Origin: Callorhinchus milii
Taxonomy: Eukaryota
Length of the DNA stretch: 64,000 nucleotides
Direction: 5' to 3'
NCBI RefSeq assembly: GCF_018977255.1
Contig: NW_024704742.1
Span: 89,716,001 to 89,780,000 of the forward strand
The notes beneath the pieces are model-generated. The model was not told the DNA's origin. It did not search any database and was given only the letters and a program-made list of their open reading frames with translations. The translations under genes and the position numbers were made by a program. Shown here piece by piece: positions 12,513 to 26,297 of this stretch. Within the stretch, counting starts at the first letter, position 1. Every line of letters begins with the position of its first letter.

Positions 12513-15500
12513 TACTAAGAGGAGATGGAGAAAGGAAAAGAAGCTGTCAATCAATTATCAAATGCTGTCAATGTCCTTCCCACTTTTAAGAAGAAACATT
12601 TCTGAGTACAGTAATGAAGCCCTACACACAGCACTGTGGAGCTATGGGATATGAATTATGATTCGACTGCACATTTCTTTTTCTAAACCCTACACTAAAC
12701 AACAAATTCCTAATCTCAGCCTAATCTCTTTAGTAGCTACAGGGAAACTGTTATAATACAGTCCTCTGTGTCCCAACACCTCAGAAGCTGTCTTACAGGT
12801 GAAGTGCTAAAAGATGGCCAAATTCTGGGTCACCAGGCTGACACTGACATTACTTTCTGTATTTTGAGGCCGCACATACTTTGGCCAAGTGGTACCAATG
12901 ATGTCCAAAGTGACATCATGGTACATCAGCAATATTTCCAATGCATAGAGCACAGGCTTGCAGGAAATTAAGCGCTCTGAGATGCCGTCCGGCATGGAGG
13001 GCGCTATATAAATCCAAGTTGTTGTTGTTGTTGTTGTTGAAATGACAGCAACAGTGATCTGACATCCCAGACATTGTTTTTTTAAGATCAGGAACTAAAA
13101 CACTTGTGCAGCTTTGGTAGACTGAATGATCTGTTTGTCTGCTCATCTAATCTTATACGATTCTAAATACAGGTACATGCCTCGAAGTCACTTGTGAAGA
13201 TTCATTTGAACAACGTTCAGAAGCAAAACGTTACCATTTCATTTCTTGTGTTTCAGAAAAGAGACAAGTCTACTGAAACAAAGGATAACGACAAAATATT
13301 GTTTCAAAAGATAAGCATCCACATGCATCACTGTAGCATGCTTTAAAGGACAAGAGATTTCTCACAAAATCTTTTGAGCTGCAGATTGATTATAAGAAGT
13401 AAAGGTGGCACAAAACCAGTGATTTTCAGGTCAGTTTAATCATCCCCTCAACACTATTACAGCTGTTGCAAACAGCAAACTAAAAATAAGATTTTATATT
13501 TACACAATTCCACCAACTCTTTTTCTTCTTCTATATTAAATTGATCATTCACCTCATCATTGTTTTTCCGACCTTGGTATAGACTTGGCAATTATGCNTT
13601 TTTTTACCAAACAGTCACTATACTGGATGGATGATTATTGATTACATTATAGGTGTCAGACTGGCTCAAGTCCATAGAATCCCAAATATTATGAGGTACA
13701 ATTACCACTTTCCATGTCAGGATCTCACCATGTGCACAGAAAGCCAACCAGCTTCACAATACCCTGACCTAGTAGATTAGCTTGTGTATTGGCATAATGT
13801 ACAACCAAACCTACTACCGTGAGCAGATAGACTGTGCATGTGCGGTGCTGGAAACCAGCACTGCAGGACACCCAGCTTATAACTGAACTGATGCTATAAT
13901 GAAGCATTGTACTAGGGCTGCACTGAATAATTTAATCTTCACTCGGTTTCATTATATCTTAGCACTTGCTGAAGTTCATTTTTTTTAACATAAGAACACA
14001 GTCATTTTTTCAAATTATAAAGAAGATCAAGGCAAGGTGGTGTCCCGAGCTTGTTCACACTCACATTGAATTTCCTGTACCCAAAGGTACATTAAGCTAC
14101 AGTTTACTATTTTTCTTGGTTACATCAACTACCCTTTTTTCACTACAATAAATGTAAATCCTACCTCCAGCTTCCGAGGCCACTGATTTCTCATGGTCTT
14201 CAGTCATAAGGCCTTAAACTTGATATTTAAGAGTTCCAAGATTTTGGAAAATTCTTAAATTCAGCCTGAGTTTGAAAGCAAATTTTCCAAAGTTCTTAAA
14301 AGGAACTCCAGGAATCTGGCTTCAAATTACGACTCTATCTATAATTTGCCAAAATTCTTCACAATCTTAAATTTGAAAACAATTGTCATAATGCTTAACA
14401 CCATGAGAAACTAGAAGGCACTGAAGTTCTTAAAATAACTTGGTTGGTTCCATAAGAGCGGACTCTGCAATCCCGCCACACATATTACACTAAAAAATAA
14501 ATGTTTTTTTGTGTGGTAAATTTAGATCCAGGTCTAAACTTTAAATACCTTAACGATACATTTATCAGGACATAACTCTCCATTAAATGCCCAAATATAA
14601 TTAAGAATTTGTTCCTTAGATCATTTTTCTCACCAATTCAGTGACCACCAGTAATAATAATAATAATAACAATACTTAATATTACTGGGTAGAAATTCTA
14701 CTTGTGTCTAAATTTGCTCTATTAACTTAGCATTTCAGAGCATCCAGAACCCATGAAATTCTTAAATAGATTTTAATTTTGAATAATCATAATAATAACA
14801 ACCCTTGCATTTGGTATAGTGCCTTATCACATCGGAAGAATCACAGGATTCACTGTGAAATGGAATGGCTGTGTATTTGTTGGCAGAATTGACAGCACAA
14901 TTGTGCCCACCAATGTCCCACAAACAGCCATGAAGTGATTAAACAATTTTATTTGGGGGATTGTTGGTCAGGACACCAGAAGAAAGTCCCTCCACTTTTC
15001 GAATAGTGCCATGGGATCTTTAACATCCACTTAACACCCACTTCCTATAAATCCCATCTTCTAACTCACTTTAATTTAATGTTTTCAATTTTTATTCTTG
15101 CTATCATGCTGCATGCGAAAGCCCAGAGTGTCACATTCTCTACTTAAACTGTTCTTCCTGCCTAAACCAACTCAACTGGTAGGAGTGAGCAATGCCAGTG
15201 ACTGTAAATAGGTCTCTTCCCAAAGCATAAATTCTGAAGTACATAATCGTATTTGAGCAGTACGCCTCCTGGAAGTAATTCATGGCTTCACTTAGAACTT
15301 GCCTATTTACTTATATAGGTGTTTTAAAGTCCTTAAAGAAAAATATCATATAATTTCAAAAGATGTTTGAGTACATTTCTATCATATTCTGGACTGAAAA
15401 ATACCAAGTCATTTGAAATACTTACATACTTGAGACACTCAGCTCCAGAGGAAAGGTATCAGCCTTTCTTACACTAGAACCCTCACTTTAGTTTGAATAC

Positions 15501-15706
15501 TCTTAAGCATGGTGATGGGTTTCTGCATGTGTCAGACACCCATACAACCAAAACAAAAGCTTTCCACTGTTTTTCCAGCTGGGGCCACCCTACCTGTTAG
15601 TGCTTTGGCTAAGAGTGTTAATACGGGCTGAACGGTAAGAATCTCTGCCACAGTGACCAGACTACTGCTCCAAGTACTGACAAGCTAGACGAGTTGGTCT
15701 GTCATC

Positions 15707-15976
15707 AGCAGTGCCCTGCAGCTCGGGGTTGCAATCCTGGGAATCTCGATTTGTTTCTTCCTACACTGCTGGAAGCGGACCACACATTGCCGCAAGGGCG
15801 AGCCGTTGGGAGCAGATGGGCAGGTGTTCAAATCTCCCTGGTGCCCTCCCCACCAGGGATGTTCTCTCTGAGGTACCCCACTGGTGTGGGGAATGATCAC
15901 AATCTGGGATTTGGGGCATTAAAATCCCAGGATTCCAAAAGAGCACTGGGATTGCGAATCCTACCTGCAGCACTAC
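15707..15976. mobile_element. Possible degenerate hAT-like MITE
   Basis: Imperfect inverted ends: ctgcagctcggggttgcaatcctggga versus gggattgcgaatcctacctgcag. GC-rich island in an AT-rich context. Confidence 0.35.
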
Positions 15977-16144
15977 GGGTCCTGCTTGTCTTAGAAACTT
16001 GACTACCAAGAAATATTCAAGATTCTGAAGGCAACAGATAAACTAATAATAATCCTTGCATTTGAAATAGTGCCTTATGAGGGCCATGAGACATCTCAAA
16101 GCTCTTCACAGGATATACTATAAAGTGACTGTGTATTTGGTGGG

Positions 16145-16460
16145 GGAAACTAAACCCGAATATTATCTAAACTGTGTGGATACAGACTCATCGTTTAGGT
16201 GAGGGAAGTTGAATAGACAGTTTAGATTTATTTACTTCGCCAGAGTGAGTGGTGAATAATGGAGTGGACTAGCCAGGGAGAATCGTGGAGGCAGCTTGTG
16301 TCAGCAAATTCAAGACAGAATTTGATAGCTATTCGGCAAGGAAATTGATTGTGGGGCATGAGAGATAGGTCAGTGTAAGGTTTTCTTTTACTTTGGGATA
16401 TGACAGATGTACCGCAATGTGTTTTTCTGGTCCAGAACAATTCTATCCTTTTAGCTTCTC
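16145..16460 (+). mobile_element. Old CR1 3' fragment
   Basis: Decayed similarity to the CR1 ORF2 end (around gtggaggcagc...aaattcaagacagaatttgatag). Confidence 0.5.
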
Positions 16461-17639
16461 ACAAGCTATGCAGACTGTGCCACTTGATAGTTCATTTTCT
16501 ATAAGGCAACAACAGACATACTTCAGTAAATCCTCCATATGAAACAGGAAAAGAACAACTAGTGCTAGTCAGAGGCAAGTGGAGTACAGTTTTTGATGCC
16601 TTTTCATTTCCCCATGGAGCATTGATGCATATCTCTTCCTATGTCTCATCTATTCACCAGTCAAGCTTGCATCTCAGTGACCATTATCTTCCCACTGTGG
16701 TTTCTTCCTTTATTTTTTCCAGCTGTCTAACTTTGCAAAACCTAAAGCTACATTGGAGCTAAATGCAGTAGTCAAACTAATGAAATACTTAGATACTGCT
16801 GCAAGCAGTTGATGATTTAGAACATAATACACAAGGAGTTCCAAATAGTTTTATGCTGAACTTTAATTGAGGACATTTCAACTGCTCTTCCTTTGAGCTC
16901 TAATTTTCGATCATTACACAAGAACAAATACCAGTATCAGAGGAGAATAAGATCCTAAATGTAAGGTAAACCCAAATAATATGATAAATCAACAAAATCT
17001 TCTATTAACAAGGTGTCAAGATATCAATTCAGGCAACTGCATTGATTTCAGTAAAATGTAGAGCTTTTCAACAAATATTGTTTTTTTGTATTGGAATTAG
17101 CTAGTAACTTTGTGGGTGAAACTAAGGTTATGTCCATATTTATTACAAATCTATATTTAAATTACTCATTAGCTTCATGGCTGGTTGTGGGACGTTGCTG
17201 TGCAAAAACTGTCTGCTGTGTTTGCCTTCAAGTACACAATCACTGGACTCGCCTGTGAAATAACAATTTGATAGCATTTGTTATAGCACATTTCATATTG
17301 AGAAGCAGTTCTTACGATATTCTGCAAAGTATAAAGTGAAATGCTTTAAGATATTTGAATAGTGTAAGCACCATATCAAAGCAAAGGTCATTATTATCAT
17401 TATTATATTTAAATCCAGCATTATAAGCCACAGCATTAAATCAATGCACCAAAAATGATGATTCAGTTCATCTAGAGTTCCGGTCAGAGATGTATCGATT
17501 TTGAAGGTGAAGAGATTTAATACGCTGAATCTAGATTATGCAAGTAATGACAACACACTGGGACTTGAGGATTTAAAAATTCATAAAGAAGCAAAGAAAA
17601 GCGCACTCTCTCCTCTAACCTCCCGCAGCCTGAGGCCTG

Positions 17640-18720
17640 ACGATGCCTCGCTGATCGTTCTGCTCCCAGTCTCGGTGTGCGCATTTCGCTGCCGCTCCTG
17701 ACCCGAGCTACCCCTTCCCAAAATGCCCCCGGTCCTACTCCCCATCCATCATTACTCCCACTCAGTCTTTCTTTCCAACCGCCCACCCCGTCTTCTCTCC
17801 CTCCTGGATCCTTCCACAGCATCCCTCTGCTTCAGCCTGAGCATCCTCCACTGGGCTCGCTATGGCACTTGGTGATGGTTGTCCCAGAGCAGCCACACCC
17901 CCATTTACCCCGCAAGGCCTGCCCCCCCAGCCTCCGACAGGTAAACCCCACTTCTTTTATCCACATCCTTCCACCCCGACAATCTACGAACCTCCCAAAC
18001 CCTCCCCCGCCCGCGCTGCCACTTGCATCGGCCTCCAAAATGTCCGCTCCCTCACAAATAAAGCTCTTACAATCCACGTCCTCATCCTGGGTGAGCAATT
18101 AGACAGTCTTGAGCTCACAAAAACCTGGGATAGCCCTCATCTCCCAAATCTCCCTTGTTCTATCCCCCTACTTCTCTGGCTGTTTCCCCTCTTGAACACC
18201 TCACCCATTACCATTCCTTCCCTCTTTTCTTCAAAATTCTCCTAGTTTACCGCTCCCCCAAACCTCCTGGCTCCTTACTCGTGGATATCCCCTTTCTCCT
18301 CTCATCCCTGTCCCTCTGCACAAAACCCAAGCTCATAATGGGGGATTTCAACCTCCATCTCAAATCCCCCCTGCACCATCTCCTCTGACTTTGCCGCCCT
18401 CTTCTCCACTCTAAACCTCACCTCAACGTAAACTCCCCGACCCACAACTGTGGCCATCCGTCCAACCTCATCATCACTCATGACCTACATCTTTGATCTG
18501 ACCATCACAAACAAGGCTATTTAAGACCACTTCATCATCTCCCTCTCCTCTCACATCACCCTCCACTCCTCTAAGCCCTCCACCATCTTTTTCCGCGCAT
18601 AGAAAAAGCTTCCCCTGATTCCCTCACAAATGCCCTCTCATCGTCTGACCTTCTCTCCCTTTGGCCTTCCACCCACAGTGATCCAGGCGCAGCCATCAAG
18701 CTGCTAAACAATCACCATTC
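17640..18720 (+). mobile_element. L2 LINE fragment, endonuclease region
   Basis: CIGLQNVRSLTNKAL, VYRSPK, LIMGDFNLH and PTHNCGH motifs on a C-rich strand. Homologous to 52560-53500. Confidence 0.85.
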
Positions 18721-21451
18721 CTCAACTTGCTGAAAGCTCAGCCACCTTTGTGAAGAAGAGAACCTTAACTTCCAATGCAGGCAAGAACAACCAGAGCAGA
18801 AATGTACAGTACAAATGTGCAGCACTTCTCAGCATAATTTCCCCTTTGATAACTCAGAGGCTATAAACAAACCTCAGCTTCTGCCGAGCACACAAAACTG
18901 CGGGAGATGAGGCGTGCAATAGTTAGCATCCAATCTGTGTTTCATTATTCCAGCAAATGCAATACTGTGTTATTTGTGTCTCAAAAAGATGTGGGGGGTA
19001 GATTAATAAGATGCTATTTTTAGAAACTGAGCTGGAAACCATTTGAGAGAAAGAGGAAGAAATACATAGGAATAGAGGAGAGGATTTCAAATGCTCCAGT
19101 TTTACTCTTGGAAACCTACAGACATTTCCATGTGTGTGTGTTTGTGCGTTGTGTGTGACTGTATTTTCTGCATTACAATCAATCCTGGCAAACATGCTTT
19201 TAAAATAATAATGCTTCCATTTGATCTTCTTTCACTATTATTTGCTTTGACTGAAACCAAAACCAAGGACCCTCATGAGTAGATTGAGAATTCTTCTGGT
19301 GAACAAAGATAACAAAACAAAGAAGTGAAAGGGATTTGAGGGAATGATGCAGGGATGGGTGTTAGGCAGGAAAGTACAGGCGCCAAATAAAGAAAGCTAA
19401 GATGGATGTAAATGAGTGATGTTTTAAGGGATAGAAAAGACAGCGAGGGAGCAAACACAGTTGTGTAAAAAATATTTACAGGAGATAAGATGAGGGACAA
19501 AAGGAAAACAAAGAATTCAACATTTTATAAGGAAGAGGCTGAGGGAGAACATGAATAGAAATGGAACAATGGAGATAAAAACAGCTCTTTGGTTTCAAAG
19601 AGAAAGGGATATAATGTGCGAATGAGAAGAGAAATAAAAACATAGGCAAATTGAAAAGAAATTGTCACTGGGCTGATAGCAGTCAAAGTTAAATGTGTCC
19701 TGAAAGAAAGAAATTTAAAAATATAAAGAGCAAGTCTACAGAAATGATACAGTGGAGAAAAATAACCAGCAAACCTAGTTTTTAGTGTTACACATGATTT
19801 ACTGTATTTTACACCTAAATGGGAAAATAATTACAGTGATTCTTGAAACTTTGCCATATGTTTGTGAATGCCGGCTGAAAATGATCATTGCAAATCCCAA
19901 ATCACAATGAACTTTTGAAGGTAAGCTTGGTTCTTTCCGCTTACAACCACCAAGCTCCTCCACTTAGTGATGGGAGGAAAACAGAGTGGATATCTTGAGA
20001 AGGATGAGATCAAAAGGGCTAAACGACCCTTCTTCATCTGAACCTCTCTTATCATGCTGTGAGCAATCCTGATTAAGTGCACTGATGAAAGCAGATGGTA
20101 AAGATTTCCAGAAGAGTTGGAAGATCCCACAGATAAAACTGGTCATTCACTTCCTGATTGTTTGAGGGGCATTGGTGGGCTCAAATTGGCTGCTGTGTTC
20201 ACCCACAAAATACAGTCACTGCACTTTACAGTATATGCTATGAAGCACTTTGAGACATTCTCTTGGCATGGAAGGTGATATACCAAATGCAAGAATTATT
20301 ATCATTATATTATTTATTTATTACAAGATTTTTGTTGGTGTGTTTAATTTTCCATTACTGTGAGCAAATTGGCTGTCGCGTTCTCCTGCAAGTACAGTCA
20401 CTCGACTTCATAATACATTCTGTGAAGCACTTTCAAACATTCTCCCAATGTGAAAGGCGCTGTACCAAATGCAAGAATTAATTATTATTACTGTTGAGTG
20501 GAATCTGTGAACAGAAGTCAGAATTTCCTCCTGGTTGAATGCAATCATGATACAGCTACAGCCACCACAACTAACATGCATGTACTGCAGTTGACCTCTG
20601 GGATGATATTCAGTGGTTCTTTGCAGATAATTAGGCACAAAACTCCTTAATCATTTTTAAATTTTGTGACTGGGGATCTTCCATGCTCGGAGTGAGGTAT
20701 TTAATCAATTTTAATTATTATGTATGTTATCCTTAGTAATGGTAGGTCACTATTAATTAAACTACCTTGGATTTTAATTAAGTCCGTCATAGCGATATAA
20801 AGCCATTACAGTATTGTTCCAAGGCCATGCAATAACAAAAAGGGTTGTGTTTTCACTGCAATAAGTCTATTATACTTGCATAGATTTAGAGCTGCAAGGA
20901 CAACACTACAAGGATTTGGGCCAATTCACATCCTGTCTATCTCCCCCAATTGTTACTTGTATTGTTTTCTTTGAGAAAGAGCAAGATTTTTTCAGCTACT
21001 GCTATGTTTACTTTGTGAGCTAAAACAAGGCTTGCTATCTGCAGGTGTCGATAGAATGATAATGGTGAAAACTGTGGTAAATTAGCCCCAATGGTGTAAT
21101 GGATAGAGCTGCACCTTACGAATCAGGAACCCACAAGTTAGAATCCCAGTCCGTGCTGAGTTTGCTGGTCTCAGCTGGCTAATGTGGCCAAAATTTTCCC
21201 AGGTTAGAGAGGTGAAAATCAGCCATGGTTCCTGCTACTGGTCCCTCTACCCCATCAATTTCTCCAAAGGTAAGTATATAACCTCAGTAGATCACAAAAT
21301 CACAATATTTGTTCAGTTGAAGAAATCTCTTCGGCTCATCTGATCTCACCCTTCCAAAATATCCCCCTACCATCCTCCCATCACAGCATCAAGCTGTTTG
21401 TTTTAAATGAGTCCAGAGTTCTGGTTTAGGACTGTGTCTTAGTTTAGGACT

Positions 21452-21762
21452 GTGGAGTCCTGTAGATTAGTGATTAGAGCACTCGCCTCAGAAGCAGAGC
21501 TTGGGTTCGAATCCCAGGCAAGTTTCCTTACTCCATATGCCTCTTTTTACCGAGCAGTAAGTAGGAACCTGGTTGTCAGTCGATTGGCGGATTTGGGCAC
21601 TCAATCCACTCCTGTTTGTAGGACACTTCTGTGGATATTTGGCTGCCGTGTTTTGCTCATAAAATACACAATCAATTCAATTTACAGTATATTCTGTGAG
21701 CGCTTTGAGATATCTCCAAGACATGATAAGGCACTATATCAAATGCAAGGATTATTATTGTC
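21452..21762 (+). mobile_element. tRNA-derived SINE nested in a minus-strand CR1 tail
   Basis: gtggagtcctgtag head through aatgcaaggattattatt. Confidence 0.85.
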
Positions 21763-23063
21763 ATTATTTTCAACTATCCTTCCTGGTAACCTGTTCCAGT
21801 CATTAGTTACCCTCTGGGTAAAGAAATGCTTCCTGGTATCTATCCTGAAAGTCCTTTGTAACTCTAAACCTGTGTCTTTTTGTTCTACCCTATGACAAGC
21901 AAGGTAGTTAAATTGTTAATCTGCAAAGGAGCGTAGAAAGGCTCAATGTGAGACGCAAGCTTGTATATGTCCCAGTTGCAGTTTTATTTTAAGCTTTGCT
22001 GAACTGATGCACGGAATAAACGAACAAACAGAATTAACTATCATACTAATTTTAGGCCAATGCTTCTATGCATTTGCTCAGTATCTTGCTCCAGTGAAGA
22101 GCAGACAAATTTTTGAAGGCTAAGAAATTGTGATCTTCTCTTTTGAGGCGAGACATTGAAAAGTAAATAATAAAGCTTAAGCTTCTCCAAAACAGGTTTG
22201 CTGTTGCTAGTCAATACCCCTAGAAAATATGGAGAGACAGATAACAAACAGCAATATAAACTTATACAGATGAGTAACTCGAACTTTTACAGCAAAATTG
22301 CTTTCTGTAAATATGTCAAGAAAAACAGTTTGAAAAAATTATTTCAACTTTGCGTCATGAGGAAGAGTAAGATGGGTGAATTATAATTATAATAATCCTT
22401 GCATTTGATATAACACCTTATCATATCATCAAGACATCTCAAAGCACTTCACAGGATATACTGTAAAGTGGATCGACTGTGCATTTTGTGGGCAAAACGT
22501 GGCAGCCAGCTTGCGCACAACAATGTCCCCACAGACATTTTCATTCTCAAGAATTTTAATTATCATAAATCCTTGTATTTTATATAGTACCTTTCATGTT
22601 GGGAGGACATCTCAAAGCGCTTCATGGGATTTACTGAAAAGTGTAGTAATTGTGTATTTTAGAGGCAAATATAATTCTTTCAGAGAGCATTGTCTTGGGG
22701 TAACGCACACATTCATACAAGACACTGGGTGGTTCACTTCATGATCACACCACATGTGCGCGCTACATAATGGTTAAAACAAGGGAGGTATAAAAAACAA
22801 TGGAGCAGAAAATATATATATATATGTTTTTAAAATGCACAGGTATAAATTCCATCACAAAATAATTCAAATTGAATGAAATTTTGAGGAAAAATTTACG
22901 CCGTATTTCTTTAAATCACCAAATTCTGCAGTTTTGTTTGACAAAATATAGTCACAGCAGGGTCCCCCCCGATCAGGTCTGCCCTCTCCCCCTTTCTGAT
23001 GGTTTCCACCACCTACCACGTGGAACACTCGGTGATCTTGTGGGGTTTGGGGTGTTGCAAGTC

Positions 23064-23225
23064 AGGAATTTCTTGTTAAAGGACAGGTATTTCAGCACTC
23101 TCCAACTGGATGGAGCATTCAAAGGCATTTGTGCCACACCAATGTTTCTCAGCACAGGGTACAAGTAGATTCCCAGCACGTAGTGGCATTTGGTAACCGC
23201 ACACAAAATGTTACAGCCATACGCT
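23064..23225 (-). mobile_element. Tx1/L1-clade LINE ORF2 scrap
   Basis: KCHYVLGIYLYPVLRNIGVAQMPLNAPSSW...YLSFNKKFL resembles, from memory, the post-RT region of chondrichthyan Tx1-like elements. Confidence 0.55.
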
Positions 23226-23768
23226 CATTCACGGTTTGCACGACCTGAGGCACTGACAGTATCAATTTACACAGACGCACACTCCACCTCATTGAGATGG
23301 TTCTACACCCCTATATGTAAACCCACAATATGGCTCGCTCCCCCTCGCACAGTGTACTGTAAATATACAATTGTAATTTTGTTGTTGTTGTTATACTGGG
23401 TGGCCTCTGTGTTCAATTCTCACTAATGAATGGAAGTCCTTGTAACTAGGTGTAACTTGACTAATGAGTTCTTCCACAACGACAGGTACTACCGATTGCT
23501 ATTTAAATTAAAATGAATTGGGAAGCTTCTGTCCTCAGACTTTTATTCTAAACTGACTGTGATGTAGGCTCAACCTGTTTGTGTATTCCCTCCTTTGATT
23601 TATACAGACAGCTCGAGAAAACACGGTCAAGTAAACTCAACAGAATTTTATTGTAGTTTCGATGAAATCCACAATCCTCGGCATTCAATCTTAAACAACA
23701 TAAATATCAACAAACACAACTATGAAATAACAAACTCTAATCACACTTAGTCACACTAATCCACACTT

Positions 23769-24128
23769 GTGGAATCCTGTAGCTCAGTGGTTAGTGCATT
23801 CGTCTCGCAAGCGAGAGAGCTGGATTTGATTCCCAGCAAGGCAAAATGTTGAGCAAGTTTCCTTACTCCACACGTCTTTTTTTATCAAGTGTTAGTTGAT
23901 TGACAGATCACTTTTCCGGGGTAATAATTCCTTCAAAAAAAATAATAATAAATTGGTCACTTCAATCCACGACTGTTTGTGGGACACAGCTGTGCACAAT
24001 TGGCTACCGCATCATTTCGCCCACAAAATATACAGTTAATTCACTTTACAATATATTCTGTGAAGTGCTTGGAGACATCTCGAAGATGTGACAAGGTGTT
24101 ATATCAAATGCAAGGGTTATTATTATTA
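23769..24128 (+). mobile_element. tRNA-derived SINE
   Basis: gtggaatcctgtagctcagtggttag head, shared core, (TTA)n tail. Confidence 0.9.
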
Positions 24129-24387
24129 AACTAAACATGCTAGCAGCCACTTGGAATGAAGTTAATGTAAACTGCACAAAAAACCAATCTCTGACTACTA
24201 CTCATCAATAGTCAGAGCATATACCCTTTAATGTTATCAGGTAGAAAATTGTAACCCCGAGCACATGGCGCTCGTTCTTTTATGGGCATTGAGCTTCTTC
24301 CCAAATTAGAGTACCCAATCGTAATTATATTGCGTTTTTTATGGTCCAGTCAAAATCATCCTTTAAGTGACCCAATAGGGAAACAGT

Positions 24388-24530
24388 GCGCAAAATACTG
24401 CAGATGCTGGAAATCTGAAACAAAAACAGAAGTCGCTGGGAACACTCAGCAAGTCAGAACTTCCGAAGGGTCATGGACCCAAAACATTGACTCACTTTCC
24501 TTTCTCCATAGATGCTGTCTGACTTGCTGA
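24388..24530. mobile_element. Penelope-type palindromic element, internally deleted
   Basis: aaaatactgcagatgctggaaatctgaa...cagcaagtcaga...gaagggtcatggacccaaaac...tctgacttgctg; same family as 61088-61305. Confidence 0.65.
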
Positions 24531-24611
24531 AGAAAACAGTGCACCTCCCTATCCACTTATGCAGGCTACAGATAGTCAATTACTCTATCAAACTGTTGCA
24601 ATCAAGACTAA

Positions 24612-24905
24612 ATAGTAATAATAATAATCCTTATAATCCCTGCATTTGATGTAGCGCTTTGCACGTCTTCTAGACATCTAATTGACTGCATATTTATGGG
24701 CGAAACGCGGCAGCCAATTGCGCACAGCAGTGTCCCACAAACAGTCGTGGATTGAAGTGACCAATTTTATCATTGGTTTTTTTGAGGGATTATTATTAGG
24801 TGTGTGGAGTGAGGAAACTTGCCCAAGGTTTGCCCTGCCGGGAATCAAACCCAGGTCTCTTGCTTGCGAGTCGAGTGCTCTAACCACTGAGCTACAGGAC
24901 TCCAC
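24612..24905 (-). mobile_element. tRNA-derived SINE with internal deletion
   Basis: Reverse complement of the same head (...ctaaccactgagctacaggactccac), core and tail. Confidence 0.9.
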
Positions 24906-25531
24906 AGACTTGATGGCACAGGAAGTATCACAAACAACGTTAAATACATAAAAGATGTTAAATACATAAAAGATGTATTTAAAGGGCTACTCAGACTGGC
25001 TAATGCTTTTAGTGAACACATAAACTTTACAGAACATATTCTAAAAAAAACAGACAGGCATAGAAAACAAATGGACAACCGTAACAGAACCTCTGTGTTT
25101 TGTTCAAACTCAACCGTCCTTCAACCCCCACATCCGTGCTCTGACACATTGAGTTTTTCCCCACCTCTGCAACATTGCCCACCTCCGCCATTACCTCTTC
25201 TTTCAGGCTGCTAAGACCCTTATCCATGCTTTCATTAAATCCAGGCCAGATAACACCAATTCCTCTCTCACAGCTACAGACCATTCAGAACTCTGTAGCT
25301 CATGTCTGACTAGATATGTCTCTAAGGCCAATAAAACTCAGACATATTCCCGAAGACAATATATGTCAGACATGTTCCAGAAGCCAAAAATGACGTTGTT
25401 ACTGTGACTGGCCATGTTGCGGCCAGTTTTGGAGCTTTATTCTGATTTATGGCTCTTCTGACATTCAATTCAGTCTGCCTCAGAGAGGAACAGTCACACA
25501 CCTGAATTGATTGCCATTAACATTCCTGTGT

Positions 25532-25615
25532 AAAAATTTCACAACAACAATAACAATGGCTTACAGTTAATTTTTACAAAAATTTCAAAACAACAATAAC
25601 AATGGCTTACAGTTA
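25532..25615. repeat. Tandem duplication, ~46-bp period
   Basis: aaaaatttca(c/a)aacaacaataacaatggcttacagtta occurs twice. Confidence 0.9.
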
Positions 25616-26176
25616 TATAGCGCCCCTCATGCAGGGTAGCATGCCAGAGCATTTAAATCCTTTAACTTGTTCATGATAAATGCACTGGAATTTAGACCCT
25701 GCAGAGCTCAATTCAGTCAGGATTATTTGTCAAAGGGCAAATCAGTAAACTAGCCATATCATGACTAGGTTAAGGAAAATCAATAGAGAAACAAAGTAGA
25801 CAAAATAGATTCTACCAGTTGGATTTAACAGATGTCACAAGGTCAAAAGGTCTACTTGAGATAAAGGGCTGCACAAAGAGTAAAATATTGCAGGTATAGT
25901 TGCAGGTCAATGACAAGTTAGCCTTGGAATCCTGACTTTGGCTATCACACTATCTATCAATCAAATCCACTTTGTGTTCACAGGTAGAAATGTGTAAAAG
26001 TCAATTACCGAATAATGCTTCATTCAGAACCAGATTGAATTTTTTGTTTTGTTTCCCTCCCCACCCCACCACTATTTTTTCACCACATCTTTTGTTAAGG
26101 TATGACTCGAGCTGTGTAATACCGCAGGAGCTAGAAGTTCTCTGCCAAAAGATCATACTTCATGTTTGATTCTAGG

Positions 26177-26297
26177 CAGTGTTGGCCAACCTTTTTTGGT
26201 TGGTCACAAAATAAATGTTTATAGCACATAAATCAAGACGTAGTCATTTAAGAAACATTTATTTTGTTGGCCAACCAAAAAAGGTTGGCCATCACTG
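26177..26297. mobile_element. hAT/Charlie-type MITE (121 bp)
   Basis: ~44-bp terminal inverted repeats cagtgttggccaaccttttttggttgg...ccaaccaaaaaaggttggccatcactg. CAGTG ends; degenerate TA-centred flanks (ttctagg / gtataagc). Confidence 0.75.

Noticed and set aside
12795..12965. Protein-like ORFs on both strands
   Set aside because: No recognisable family, weak acceptor, and the start of the minus ORF comes from an L2 tail stub.
19885..20130. Minus-strand ORF with apparent splice sites
   Set aside because: It overlaps sequence resembling a CR1-type tail and a SINE edge, and the peptide is unrecognised.
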